From NCBI GenBank assembly GCA_965113315.1, contig OZ220363.1: a stretch of 64,000 bases of DNA; one strand, written 5' to 3'. Positions 13,447 through 26,149 of the stretch are shown here, piece after piece. The DNA comes from Podarcis vaucheri. Taxonomy: Eukaryota. The notes beneath the pieces are model-generated. The model was not told the origin of the DNA and made no database searches. It worked only from the letters and a program-made list of their open reading frames with translations. Made by a program: the position numbers and the translations under genes. How positions within the stretch are numbered: the first letter of the stretch is position 1; every line of letters begins with the position of its first letter.

Positions 13447-14719
13447 GTAAGCAGAGACCCTTGCCCTGCCAACATCACCCTGCTTTTTCCATTTCATTTG
13501 AATAGATATGGGGCTTCATAAGTTTTAATTTGAATTGTTTGAAGAAGGGAATTATTTCACATCCATCTGGGTAAATTCCAGTCAGCTGATTGATGCCAAT
13601 TAGTTTTTACAGATACCTTCTGGTTCCTAACTAAATGCACCTGTAACACTACACTTCAAATACTCATAATCATGTAGGGTGACTTAGATTCTCATATTTA
13701 CCAATAGCCATCAATGTAAGAGAGGAATCCAAGATGTAACACATACTTTCAATAAAATCATTAGTGCTAATGAGAAATAAAGACGCTGTTTACAGTGGTG
13801 AGTGAAGTTAAGTTTGTGTAGTATGAATCATCTATGTGGCAGCGTAAGTTAACTTTTAAGGATGATACTTTATAGTACTGTGAATTTTGTGAGAAGAATT
13901 CAAGTAGTGCTGGCTAATTTCTAGCCAAGCCTTAATTACTTGAATCTTGTCCCTTCATTAGCTCAGTAGCAAAGTTCTGTATACATTGGCTAATGTAGTT
14001 CTGCGTAGTCATTTTGAACATTTTAAAGCTGCATGCTGTCAGTGCACAGGTTCTTGCAAGAGCTTACACATTTAAATACAAATTAGTGTTCAGCAGTATC
14101 TCAGCTAGCTGCCCTAATTGAGTATAAATGTTGCAGGTTTTGTGATGTGAAGAAGGGAGAGCAAACCAATCTCCTTGAGTAAGTCATAGTTATGCAGTTA
14201 GCAAATGTGAGGGAAATGGCTTATTATTTTTAGAATGGTATGGATTCTTACAAACATGTAAACATTAAGGGCAGCTAGAGCAGAACTTTTCATTCCTGAA
14301 TAATTACTTAGATGCAAGGCCATTCACCATGATTCCATCTTCTAGTCATGGTTGTAGTCTAGACTTTGTAATAAACTTTCATAGGAACTTGGGTGACATA
14401 GAATACACTGCTTGTAATGAAACATTGGATAGACATTGTACACAAGTGGAAATAAATCTGCAGAAGCCGTTTTACAAAATGGCCACAAGCCATGCTCTTG
14501 CAGCACCACTCCATCATGCAAAGATGCATTTACCACACCTATGACCCATTCACTCACCCCAGCTCGGCTAGCTTTAATAAACCAAGATGGACAAGGAGCT
14601 AATGAGCATGTGGTCAGCACATCACTGCAAGCATCCTGTCCACATCCTCTGACTGCATTTACTAGACCTGATACCAAAAGACTGGGCTGGACATTACATT
14701 GGACATCTCAGTAGGCATC

Positions 14720-15790
14720 TAAATTGCTACGTAGTCAAGTGACTTTATCCTCAAAGTGTGCAGCCATCCAGTTATAGCTAGACACCATGTACCCCAGAGG
14801 TGTACTCTCTGTTCGGAAGTAAGTAGCCTCCAGACCACATGGAACAACTCTGCCAGACAGTTCCTTAACGATGCAATGGGGGCAGTGGAGTAGGATGTCT
14901 TTGCTGCCCTCACTGCCTCATGGTAGACCAGTTAGGAGCCCAAACCAGTTAGGAGCCCTCCAAAGCGAGATTTATTTCACTTACGCTCCAGTCCTTGCCC
15001 AGTCCATTTCATCATCCACAGCTCCTTAGTATATCAAGGAGCAAAACAGACTCCACTGCACCAGAGTAATTGTGTCAATGGCTGTATGAGTCTCTGTTTC
15101 CTAGTGAAACTAGGACATAAACAGGATCACGCACTTTATCCACTGGAAAACCCGCAAAGCAGTGAGGAATTCAACAGATTCCATTCATATCGGGGAGCAG
15201 ACTACCCTAACTGGTCCCCCACCCTTGCAGGGGAGAATCATTGCTGCAAGTCCAAATCTCACCAGGAAGTGGTCTGAGAATGACATGCCCCACCCCCTTT
15301 TCCAGACTACCCCGTTCAGCATGAAGCAAAGACTAAATCAAGGGTATGTCCTTCTCTGTGCATTGCACCAATGATCATTTGAGACAGGCCCATGGTTGCC
15401 ATGAAGGCCATGCACTCCCAAGCAAGACTTGAGGCATCCTCAGCATGAATGTTGAAGTCACCCAAAACCATAGTTCTGGGTTCCTCCAACATCATGCCCA
15501 AGACACCACTGGCCAGCTCAGCTATGGAGGCTGATGAGCAGCATCCCTAGCCTTTGGCCCAACACCAGATTGCAGGCCCTCCAGTCCCACTCCAAGAAAG
15601 AAGGCTTTCCCAGTAGTGGTAAGTGAATTCCTGTGGACTACAGCAACAGCTCCGCACCCACTATGCCTGTCTGGGCTGATGTTGCCCCAAGTACCCAGGT
15701 GGCCAAAGCTGAGTCAACTCTGGCCCACCCAGGTGTTGGTGATGCATCCATGGTCAGCCTGTTCCTCCACAGTAAGATGATGAATTAGCA
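14720..15790 (-). mobile_element. Decayed L2 LINE ORF2 fragment (APE endonuclease region)
   Basis: VLGDFNIH...GHTLDLVF (15316-15501) and RAAK...AELFHVVWRLL (14719-14913). Confidence 0.78.
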
Positions 15791-16471
15791 TGATGTATCC
15801 TCACCTCCAGGAGAGTGTCCACTATAACATAGGAACATAGAAAGTTGTCTTCTACAAAGTCAGACCTTGTCATGCTTGGTATTTGCTATGCTGACTGACA
15901 ACAGTTCTCCAGGGTTTGAGAGAGGGAACTCTCCCAGCCATACCTGGCAGATATAGAACCTGGCACCTTCTGTATGCCAAGCAGATGCTCTACCACTGAA
16001 CTACACTCCTCCAATTGTCATCTTGTAGAGAACCCTCATTTGGAGATGTTGGCATATAATTTGTGTTGGCCCAACGCTTATTTTGAGATGCACAATCCTA
16101 ATTCTTTATTCTTGCTTTCCCCTCTACTATTGGCATTATAATATAATAAAACTAATGTACATATAACTTGTGAAGAACTGAGACATCTCAAAACATGTAG
16201 CTTGACAAATTTTATGGATGTAGATGTCATAATTCATGAGAGAAAGATTGCTGGAGGATGGCTGGCAGCCACTTTGGGAAATGGCTTTCACAGACTTACG
16301 TCGACCAGCATATGATGTCTACTCAATTTTCTTCATTCCAAACTGTCATCTTGGTCATCCAACTGGAAATTTCTGTCAGTAACAACTTTGCTATGGAAAG
16401 CTATTACAGAATCAGGGCCATGGTTGCATAATTAATTGAGACATTAATAAGCTGAGTACTCATTTCATCTA

Positions 16472-16836
16472 GGGGACGCGGGTGGCGCTGTGGGCTAAAG
16501 CCTCAGCGCCTAGGGCTTGCCGATCGAAAGGTCGGCGGTTCGAATCCCCGCGGCGGGGTGTGCTCCCGCTGCTCGGTCCCAGCGCCTGCCCACCTAGCAG
16601 TTCGAAAGCACCCCCGGGGGCAAGTAGATAAATAGGTACCGTTTACCAGCGGGAAGGTAAACGGCGTTCCGTGTGCGGCTCTGGCTCGCCAGAGCAGCGT
16701 TGTCACGCTGGCCACGTGACCCGGAAGTGTCTGCGGACAGCGCTGGCCCCCGGCCAATAGATGTGAGATGGGCGCACAAACCCCAGAGTCTGTCAAGACT
16801 GGCCCGTTCGGGCAGGGGTACCTTTACCTTTACCTT
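16472..16836 (+). mobile_element. Sauria SINE, full length
   Basis: A/B boxes, (ACCTTT)3 tail, 12-bp TSD TACTCATTTCAT (16457-16468, 16837-16848), CpGs retained. Confidence 0.92.
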
Positions 16837-17078
16837 TACTCATTTCATATCTGATACTTCAGGAATTTAAAATATATGGAGATCATAGTGCAATACTGTA
16901 TTTGTAGCTAGAGAGTATGAGGTAAGTATTACTGATAATGTACCTCAAAGTAAGTATAGCATTTTATATTCAGTTCATTAAGTTATTTTGACTGCCATTA
17001 GCAATTATGTTCTGTAGCAATGAATCCTCCTAGTATTTCTGCTGTCTAAACTTTGCTCTAATACCTGTATGGTTTCAG

Positions 17079-17185
17079 GTGGATTTGATTGATTGGGTTG
17101 ATAATATGTGGCCAAGGCATCTGAAGGAAAGTCAGACAGAATCAACAAACGCTATTCTGGATATGCAGTATCCCAAGGTGCAGAA
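17079..17185 (+). CDS. KDM2A: KDM2A exon 7 (JmjC)
   Basis: [35 protein letters not shown](K); 107 bp. Confidence 0.96.
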
Positions 17186-17711
17186 GTAAGTAGTTTCAGA
17201 TGTTGTGTGTAACCACCTATCCACCAGGGCGAGATTTCAGAATGAGGTCTCTGCTAAAGCTGCCTCTCCTTAATATAATGCCCAAACTCTTTCAGTCATC
17301 CAAGCCAGAAACGTAAAGGTTGTTTTTCCTAACATGACAGTGATACAGAACAGCCCTGCACACTATATTGTCGAAAGGTTATCTTTATTTGATTGAAAAT
17401 ATCAGGAATTGCAATAATAAAGTGGAGGTGGTTCCTGTTACAACATTGTTGGGATGTAGTTCCCTGTTGCCCCTGTTCTGATGCAATAGTAGCTGTGCCC
17501 CATGGTGGTCATTTAGATCAACAGCAATTGGCATGGGGGTCAGCATCCTGAATGTGTAAATTCTGGGTGATTAGTGCTTTGATTCAAAGTGCCAGTCACC
17601 CATAAAATACTGTCAGCAAGCACTCTAATACCAAGCATTTATTCCATCTGCATAGAAATGCAAGATTGATTGGACTTGAGTTGCAGTTTCATATTGCTGA
17701 TTTCATTTCAG

Positions 17712-17805
17712 GTACTGTCTGATGAGTGTCAAGGGCTGCTATACAGACTTCCATGTAGACTTCGGTGGCACTTCAGTGTGGTATCACATCCACAGAGGGG
17801 GGAAG
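17712..17805 (+). CDS. KDM2A: KDM2A exon 8 (JmjC, HxD iron ligands)
   Basis: [31 protein letters not shown]; catalytic HVD and 2-oxoglutarate-binding T/K intact; 94 bp. Confidence 0.97.
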
Positions 17806-18721
17806 GTATTGTGACAATCCCAGCAAGTTGCTCTGTTTTGTGTGGGAGATTGTGCAGAAGGATATATTTTTTAAATGCTTAACTAAGTAAAATTGGAATT
17901 CCGTTTCTCATTTGCCTGCTGAGGTATCCCAAAACACTGGACCCTGTGAATCATGAAGCTGTGTCTGCTTTGTTCAGAAATCCTTCAGTCTGGCTTCTGA
18001 CTAAAAAAAAAAAGGAAGGGCAGGGAGGGTGAAGGAGACATGGGAAAGGTTCTGTTGTGCTTCTAGAACACTTGCCCACTGCAGAGCTGCTGTATCATTA
18101 ATTGCTTCACTTTCATGAACCACCCAGGGAGCCACATGCAGCTCATTAGCTTGTGTTTGGGCACTGTGCTTTAGAATCAGGACAACTAAGCTTATTGTAC
18201 TGTTGAGTAAGATTCCCAGGTGGATACAGTGTGTAACTAACGGAACATGAGCAAATTGAAAGGGAGATGTATGAGTGATTAGTGAAACAGATGTATATTA
18301 AATCATTTGCGCTGCTAAACAAACTTGAAATCATTATACTGGAAAAGCAGGATATACATACTTTGAATCAAATAACATCCAATCTTTTTTTAAAAAAATA
18401 ACATTGAAAATATAAGAGCTCACTGTATTCGCTGGTATGCTTTAAAATTTGGGAGGTTGTGTCCAACTAAATCACTGCATGCACATAACAATTGCTGTGT
18501 AGGCAACTGAACTTCCTCTCCCTTTCATCTCCTTGTGTACCCTCCAATCTGCTCTAGGGGTTTCCAAACCCTTAGAGCAAATTTAGGGATCTTGAAGGGG
18601 AAGGAGAGCTTGCAAGATTCCTAGTCCATCTAGTCTTTTCTTCCTATTTCTCTTCCATTAGTGGTCACAGGCCTTTCATCCAGCCTTGGTCTGAGGAATT
18701 AATTAACATTTGTGTGCATGG

Positions 18722-18727
<6 letters not shown>

Positions 18728-18766
<39 letters not shown>
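18728..18766. repeat. (AC)n microsatellite
   Basis: ~19 units. Confidence 0.95.
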
Positions 18767-18771
<5 letters not shown>

Positions 18772-20425
18772 ACAAGCTTGTCTGTGAAAACATTCAAAAG
18801 CTGTGAACATTTAAACACACATTTCTAGACAATCCATGTTATCCAAACTTTTGTTTCCACCCACCCACCCTTTTCTCCCCCTAGTCAGAAATATAATTTT
18901 TGGCACCTCTGCTTCTTTGTAGACAACAGGTACTTGTTTCTCTAGCTTCACCAGTTTAGAGAAGTATTCCTTGGTTTTTGTTGCAAATAAGGCATAGAGA
19001 TAAATTATCAGTAGCTTAATCTGGTCTCTCTCACAAACTGAGGCATTTCTGAGGATTACACATACGGATTACTTTTAGAAACAACAAAGTGGTTTAGGTA
19101 CCATATATCTCATAATATTTGGTAGGGCATGTTCTGTGTACTTGAGTGGTTAGTGTTTGTGTGCATACAACTTCCTACTTTTTAAAGAAATTTGAGGAAA
19201 ACTACAACGCTGAGCTCTCCAATAATTCTAATTCTGTTAGTGTGACTACTAAATATTCCTCATTCACTTTATATAAACAAACCTTTGCTTTGATGGAAAT
19301 AAGTACAAAAGGCAGGTAATTTGTTAAAACTCTTGAACGCTGAAGTAGAAATTGTCTCTGTAGGCATGAAAATAAATTACTTGATTCTGAATTGTAATTG
19401 CAACTTCCTGTTCTATTCATTTAATACTGAAAGCATAGTGTGGTTACTGCTACAAAATGCAAGCCATAAAGATTCACCAACTCACAGCCTTCATTATGAT
19501 TTGGGGTTTTTAACCTTCTGATTTGTGCACTGCCTGCTCTTGGCACATCTTATTGCTGCAATGACTCTCATTTTTCTGAGCAGTGTTGGCTGTGCACTGT
19601 TTGTGCAATTGAAGTTTCATTTTAGTTTGTGTGTTAATACTAACCACTCAATCCAGGCGTACTATACTACACTTGAAAAGCAATTTCCACATAACGCAAA
19701 ATATTGAGGCTGCCTCTTACGGTAATGAATACTGCTGGCCATTAAACAGTTAGCATTCGCAGCAAGGAAGGCACATATAGAAAATAAACGATGTGTTCTG
19801 CGCTATAGAGTGGAGATGTAGGGGGAGGTTAGTCTGTGGTACATACGAGACAGATAGTGCTGAAAGATTTTGCCAGAAACCTAACCTTAAGGATTCACTA
19901 CTTGGAGGAAGAGTGCTGAAAAATTAGGGAGGGAAGGTTTTTAGGTAGAGTAGTCAGCATGCAACAAGGCACCGATGAAAGGTAGGATGAGACAGCTCTG
20001 GGACAAGTAGTTTTAATATACCTCTTCAGTTATTTTTGTCCATGTTGCTCCAGCAACATTTGCTGCAGTCTCAAGGAGTGACCCATACTTTCCCCCATTT
20101 CCCACCCCTGCCAAGAACTGAACTTAAAATCAGGGATCCATGGTTAGCCTCCACTGCATGTTTGGATATACGCCAGATAGTGCTGAATTTCCCCCATCAC
20201 AACTGATATATTTATCAGGGTAAGCACCAGTGCACCTAAGCTACTGAGTAAAGTGCTTTTATTTGGGAAGGTGGGCTTTGTCGGCCAATTGTTGCATGGT
20301 TTATATAGCACTGCTCTTGAGTTTCTTTTAAGTCTGGCTCATATAACAAAGCAACAAATGGATCTCAGCAAACAGTAGGTTTTCAAAAGAGAAGGTTTGT
20401 TAAATCTATCTTTTTCCACTTGTAG

Positions 20426-20579
20426 GTCTTTTGGTTAATTCCACCCACTCCCCAGAACCTGGAGTTGTATGAAAACTGGCTGCTGTCGGGAAAACAAGGG
20501 GATATCTTTCTTGGTGACAGGGTGTCAAATTGTCAGCGTATTGAGCTCAAACAAGGCTATACCTTTGTCATACCCTCAG
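20426..20579 (+). CDS. KDM2A: KDM2A exon 9 (JmjC)
   Basis: [51 protein letters not shown](G); 154 bp. Confidence 0.96.
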
Positions 20580-21032
20580 GTAGGGTAATGCAAACAGAGC
20601 TTAAACTAATTTTCTGTTGCCAAAAATAAATGTGTCCATTGAAGCATTAGAAGAGTTATTTCTTGCAGTTTGTTTGTTAGCCATGTGGTTTTGAGCTTTA
20701 ACTATTGTTGCTCCTTAGACCCAATGAGGCTGTTAACTACATGGGCAAATCTTATGTATGGGAGAGGACTTGAGAAGAATAAACAGTAGATCAGAGACCC
20801 CAAAAACAGTATTCCCTTTTCCAAGATCATTGGAATCAATTCCTTCTTGATCCTGCCTTTGAAAATAAGATGGCACGCATTGCTGAAAAGGAGGAAGAAT
20901 CTTGTAGCTTTTAGTAGCAGGAGCTGAGATTAAGAGTAGGCCTGTTTTTCAGAAAGCACAACTCTTAGGATACTACAGAAATCAGCTTTAGTGGCACAAG
21001 GTTCTCCATTATGCAACATCAGAAAATCTTAA

Positions 21033-21263
<231 letters not shown>

Positions 21264-21549
21264 TAAATGAAATAGACAATTTTTATCTCTGGGGAGCATA
21301 TGCAGTATTTTTTCCCCCTCTGCTGTGAAAACTGGCAGTTTATTCTGACACTGCTATCTTGTTCAATCCATAAGAGGACCCATCTTTGTAATTCCATGAC
21401 TGCTAAATTTTCTTAGGAGCCTTGGTGAGGAAAGATTTTTGACAACATATATAGGCTTGGATCCTGAATCTCCTTTCACTGGCAGAGTGTCCTGCGAGCA
21501 GAGTTCCATTTATGGGATGCTCTCGCCAACAGAAAGAGCAGGGTCTGAG

Positions 21550-21880
21550 CTGGTACTGTTACAGGTGGCACATAATATTTGTTCCACAGTTGTAAGAATT
21601 CTATCTTTTAGTGTGGTGGCATCGACACTTTGGAATTCCGTGCCTACTGACATCAGGTGGGGGCTTCACTGTACTCTTGTCGGTACCTGCTTTAAGGAAA
21701 TTGTTTAGGAAAGCCTATCCAGACACGTAGATGTGGACATGTTTAAACCTCTTTTATTTTGCTGTTAATTTTAAATGTTTTGGCTGCTTTTATTGATAAT
21801 TTTAATATTTCTTGCAAACCACTGAGAAGTTTAACTGCAATCAAGCAGTATATACATTTTGGTAAATAAAGAATAAATAA
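21550..21880 (+). mobile_element. L2 LINE 3' end
   Basis: FSVVASTLWNSVPTDIR peptide, T-rich UTR, TAAA tail. Confidence 0.65.
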
Positions 21881-22576
21881 AGGCTCTTCTGTTTGTAGAA
21901 GGGAAGGGAAGATCTAAATGAGTGTCTGTAGCAGGGATAATAAACGCATGGACCACATATTGCCCCTGTAAAGTTTTTTGTGGCCTACAGAGACCCCCCA
22001 CCTTGATTTGTTGGTTGTATCACCAATGTAATAGGCTGAAAATTCCACCATATTCCACCTTTTGTGTTTCTGGCATTTGAGTGCCCCACAGTTAGTCTCT
22101 GGTGTTTGAGTCCAATCCTCACTCCCCAAATCAGCAGGTTTCTACAGCTGCTTTTGCCACTGTTCTTTGCCATGTAGCTATAGAGTATCAGGCTGTGATG
22201 CTTGCAAGATCAGCCCATAAAGCTATAGTAAGCCTTGTAGCCAGCAGCAGTTTGGACAATCAGGAGAGAACGTATTTCTCTGTCAGGCATCTGAGGAAGC
22301 CGAAGCAATCCGTGGCAGATGATAGAGAGGCAACATAAACAGATAACTTAATTGAAGGTTGGCAACTTTGAGAAATTGATTAGCTTTTCTGGTTGGAATG
22401 GGGGTGCTTTGCTCAGCAGTAAATAACAAACTAACTGATGAACTTCATTATTGAGAGGGGAGAAGTGGTATTTTTATTTCCCTAAAAGGGAGTGAATGGT
22501 AATGGGATGGTTTACAAGGGTGTGCAACTAGTAGCATTTTCTAGACTCAGCCTTCTCACTTCTTACACACTGACAG

Positions 22577-22703
22577 GTTCCAAATAAATTTCGCTATCCC
22601 TTTTATTATGAAATGTGCTGGTACGTACTAGAACGCTATGTCTTCTGCATCACCAACCGTTCCCACCTAACCAAGGACTTTCAGAAGGAGTCACTCAGCA
22701 TGG
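22577..22703 (+). CDS. KDM2A: KDM2A exon 11
   Basis: [42 protein letters not shown](D); 127 bp. Confidence 0.96.
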
Positions 22704-23198
22704 GTAAGAGTTATTTTCCTGTTATTTGGCTGTCATTCTTCTGTCAGTTTCTAAAAACACTTTGCTTCCAAGCTAAACTCTCATCTGGGTTGACATTAGA
22801 ATAAAAAGAATCACTTGTTTTGATGCCTTCTGACTTCAGCAAAAGTAACCTCTTAATTAAGCATTTTCTCCAAGATTGGTGGAATATGCCAGAATACAGA
22901 TTACATATTTCTACAGTTTGTAGTGGTTTGTGTTCCCCATTGATAGGCAAGTGGCAAATGGGTCACAGCTGCTGTGTGCTGTATTTTCCCAACTTTGAAA
23001 CGCAGCAGAGTATTGGCTGATACACTTGCATGCTCACTCTTTCCAAGAGTGTGTGCACAACAGCTAAGGAGCTGTACTCCATATCCCCCACTGTGGTGGC
23101 TGAGTGAATAGTACAAATACTGAAACACCTTAATTCTCCCCAAAGCTGTTCCACAGGCAGATCTGCTCAATTATCACTGTTCTACCCTTTACATACAG

Positions 23199-23596
23199 AT
23201 ATGGAGTTATGCGGCTTGGAGTCAGGCACTGTGGAGGAAGATGATGCAGCAGCAGAAAAGGAATCGCGCCGCCCTGTCACTAGGCGGTCGGTCCTCACTA
23301 GCCCTGTAGCCAATGGTGCTAATCTAGACTATGAAGAACTAAATAAAGGCTGCCGGAGTTTGCCAGATCTCAAGAGAACTCTCTCCATGGACTCAGAGTC
23401 CAGTCGAGGCTCTCACAATGGCCAAGCCTGGGACACTCATAGCAACAGCCCTCATAAGGGCAACAAGGTGCATCTGACCCAATTTGAGCTTGAAGGTCTG
23501 CGTTGTCTTGTAGACAAGCTGGAGTCTTTACCCCTACACAAGAAGTGTGTACCCACAGGCATAGAGGATGAGGACGCCCTTATTGCAGATGTTAAG
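23199..23596 (+). CDS. KDM2A: KDM2A exon 12
   Basis: MELCGLESG...HLTQFELEGLRCLVDKLESLPLHKKCVPTGIEDEDALIADVK|gtatg; 398 bp. Confidence 0.95.
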
Positions 23597-25242
23597 GTAT
23601 GTTGTAAAGTCAAGAGTTATCTCATTTTTGTGTGTAGCACTTTTTCCCCAGCACCTGTGACAACCCACCAATGTTTGTTTACATGGGCCGTGTGCAAGCC
23701 TAAGTGATTTGTTGCTGTGGCCAGTTTCTCTATTGGAGTTGATCAGCTGCTTATGCATCTGTTAATATTGTAAAGTTATCTAGCATGGCTCTGTGGGTGT
23801 GTTGGGCTCTGCCACCTCCGTAGTGTGTGAGCACAGTCATCAACTGGATTACATTTTTTACTAGTGCTTCACTTCTGGTCCTGGGCCATACGAAGTTGTT
23901 TCATGCCATTGGGAGTTGAAGAAAGACTTGCCCTCCCAAGCTTTATCCATATGAAACAATGCACGTTGATCAGCAGTGTAATTATATAGCCTCTTGTCGC
24001 TTTCTCTGTGTGAATCCCTGAATGGTAATGAGGTGCTTTGAAAATGGCTCTGAAAATCTCTCTTGAAACTTGGCCCTCTTGTTATGGCTTCTTTGGCTAT
24101 GATTTGTTCCTGACCTTGTTTGTTTCCATGTTACCAGAAAGGTGTACACACACCTAACACACTTGCATAAACATCTCACTAAATCAAAATTTCCAAAAGT
24201 ATGCACAAAAGAACTTGACAGATGAAGTGGCAGTAATCACTATCTGTCCAAGGGTTTGTTTATTCTTCAAGAAAGCAGAAGGCAAGCAGTGTATCCACAG
24301 CTTCATTTTTTAATAAGTATCTTCTTCCTTTGGTCTGCTTACACACTCTTCTTTCTCCTTGCGCTTCTCTATCAGGTGTGGTGGCATTGAGGAAAAGATG
24401 GGCTTACTTGGCCAAATGGGCTAGCAAAACAGCTTTATCCAACTCAAAAGGCATCAGGATTGAATGCTGTTCTCTTTATTGGAGACTTGCTGGAAGAAAT
24501 AGATAAGGCTAAAAATGGTAGAACCATGAGCTACTTACCTCCCTGGAGGGAATAAAAGCTGTCACTTATTCACCTTTCGTTTCACTATAGTACATGCAAT
24601 GTTGTCTGACCTGTCTGTAGAAAAAAGGTGATTAACCCCAAGGTTTCCAATGGAAAGGGAGCACTCAAACTTGACTGGGGTCATAAAAAGCCTAGCACAG
24701 ATAGCTTGTGTGCTCACATGGCAGCACTGTTTCACTTCTGTTCACTTTGCTACAGCTTGCTTTGTTATAGAAACCCATCCACCTGTTTCAAAATGCCAAC
24801 AGAAGTAAGAAAATTGAGACCTGGCTGTAAAAAAAAAAATGCTTTCTTGATCTTGTGCATTTATGACAATTCTCTAGCATGCTAAAGCAATGTCCAGACT
24901 AGAGCAGGAAAAGTGTTGAACATTTTCATTGGCAATACTATGTACAGGCATTTCACTTCTCCATAGCTTCTATAGGATGTCCCCTTGAATTCAGTCAATT
25001 ACTGATATTTATGAGACTTGGGGCCGCTTCATACATTACCCTTTGTAGGTAAGGTACCCTTTGTACTTGGGTACTTAATTCCAAAGTATAAATACATGCA
25101 GATATCATCACATATAAGCAGTGCACACATGTATAAACTTCATATCTTGCCAGCAAATTACACAGGAGCTGGACTCTGATTCTGAATGTAGATATACTTG
25201 AACACCATTTTGAAAATAAATGCACTTGGACACCATTTTATA

Positions 25243-25437
25243 GATTCACAGAATCATAACATTGTAGAGCGGGAAGGGCCCCTGAGGGCATCTAGTCCAA
25301 CCCCTTGCCGTGCAGGAATCTCAACTAGATCATATATAACAGATGTCTATCCAACTTCTGCTTAAAAACCTCTAAGAAAGGAGAGCCTATCACCTCTCAT
25401 GTAAGTCTGTTCCACTGTTCCAAAGCTATTCCTGTCA
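25243..25437 (-). mobile_element. CR1 LINE 3' end
   Basis: Reverse complement of CR1 terminus (..GGGTTGGACTAGATG..ATTCT); matches 44722-44865. Confidence 0.75.
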
Positions 25438-25909
25438 TACATTTCATTTATGTAGGTTCTGAAATCTGCTCCAAACAGGCCTTAAGGATAAAATGGAGGA
25501 AAAAGGTTGATAAAAGGCATATCAAAGAATATAGGTATATTTCATATTGGCATGGTGCAAGGTGATGTGCCATTTGGCAGCTGTGACACACAGAAGATTG
25601 CAGCTGTGAATGTGAGCACTTTTAATGTCTGAGACTGGCACTTTTTTAAGACCCAGAGAGCTTGTAACCTAGTGCATATTTGCTCTACCATTTGTGGTAG
25701 AAGCTTTACAAATACTTGACATCTAGCTTAACTACTTTTATTTCAGCTTTTAATGTGTAGGCGGAGGTTATAACCAGATAGTACTCAACTAGTCAGTTAT
25801 GCCAGTTCACCTAGTAATACCTGTTTGACTGGTCTAGCACCTGCTTATCGTTGCTAGTTGCCGTCTCAAGTTTGCTAACACATTGAATTCTGAAACCTAC
25901 AAAAATGTT

Positions 25910-25911
<2 letters not shown>

Positions 25912-25947
<36 letters not shown>
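25912..25947. repeat. (GT)n microsatellite
   Basis: 18 units, followed by short (AG)n. Confidence 0.95.
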
Positions 25948-25949
<2 letters not shown>

Positions 25950-26149
25950 GAGAGAGATCTTGCAGCATTGAAGAGGGTAATTCAGACGTCTTGCTTAAAT
26001 AGAACGTTGCGGTGTCTAGGTTGGAGGAGGCGGTCTTAAGATTTCAAATAGATTGAATAGCTAGGGGGTTAATATGTTGCAACAAAGTATCTATTTCCAC
26101 CTCTCTGATGAGGAACGGCATGGACACCTTGGGCATGTGCCTTCTTCTG

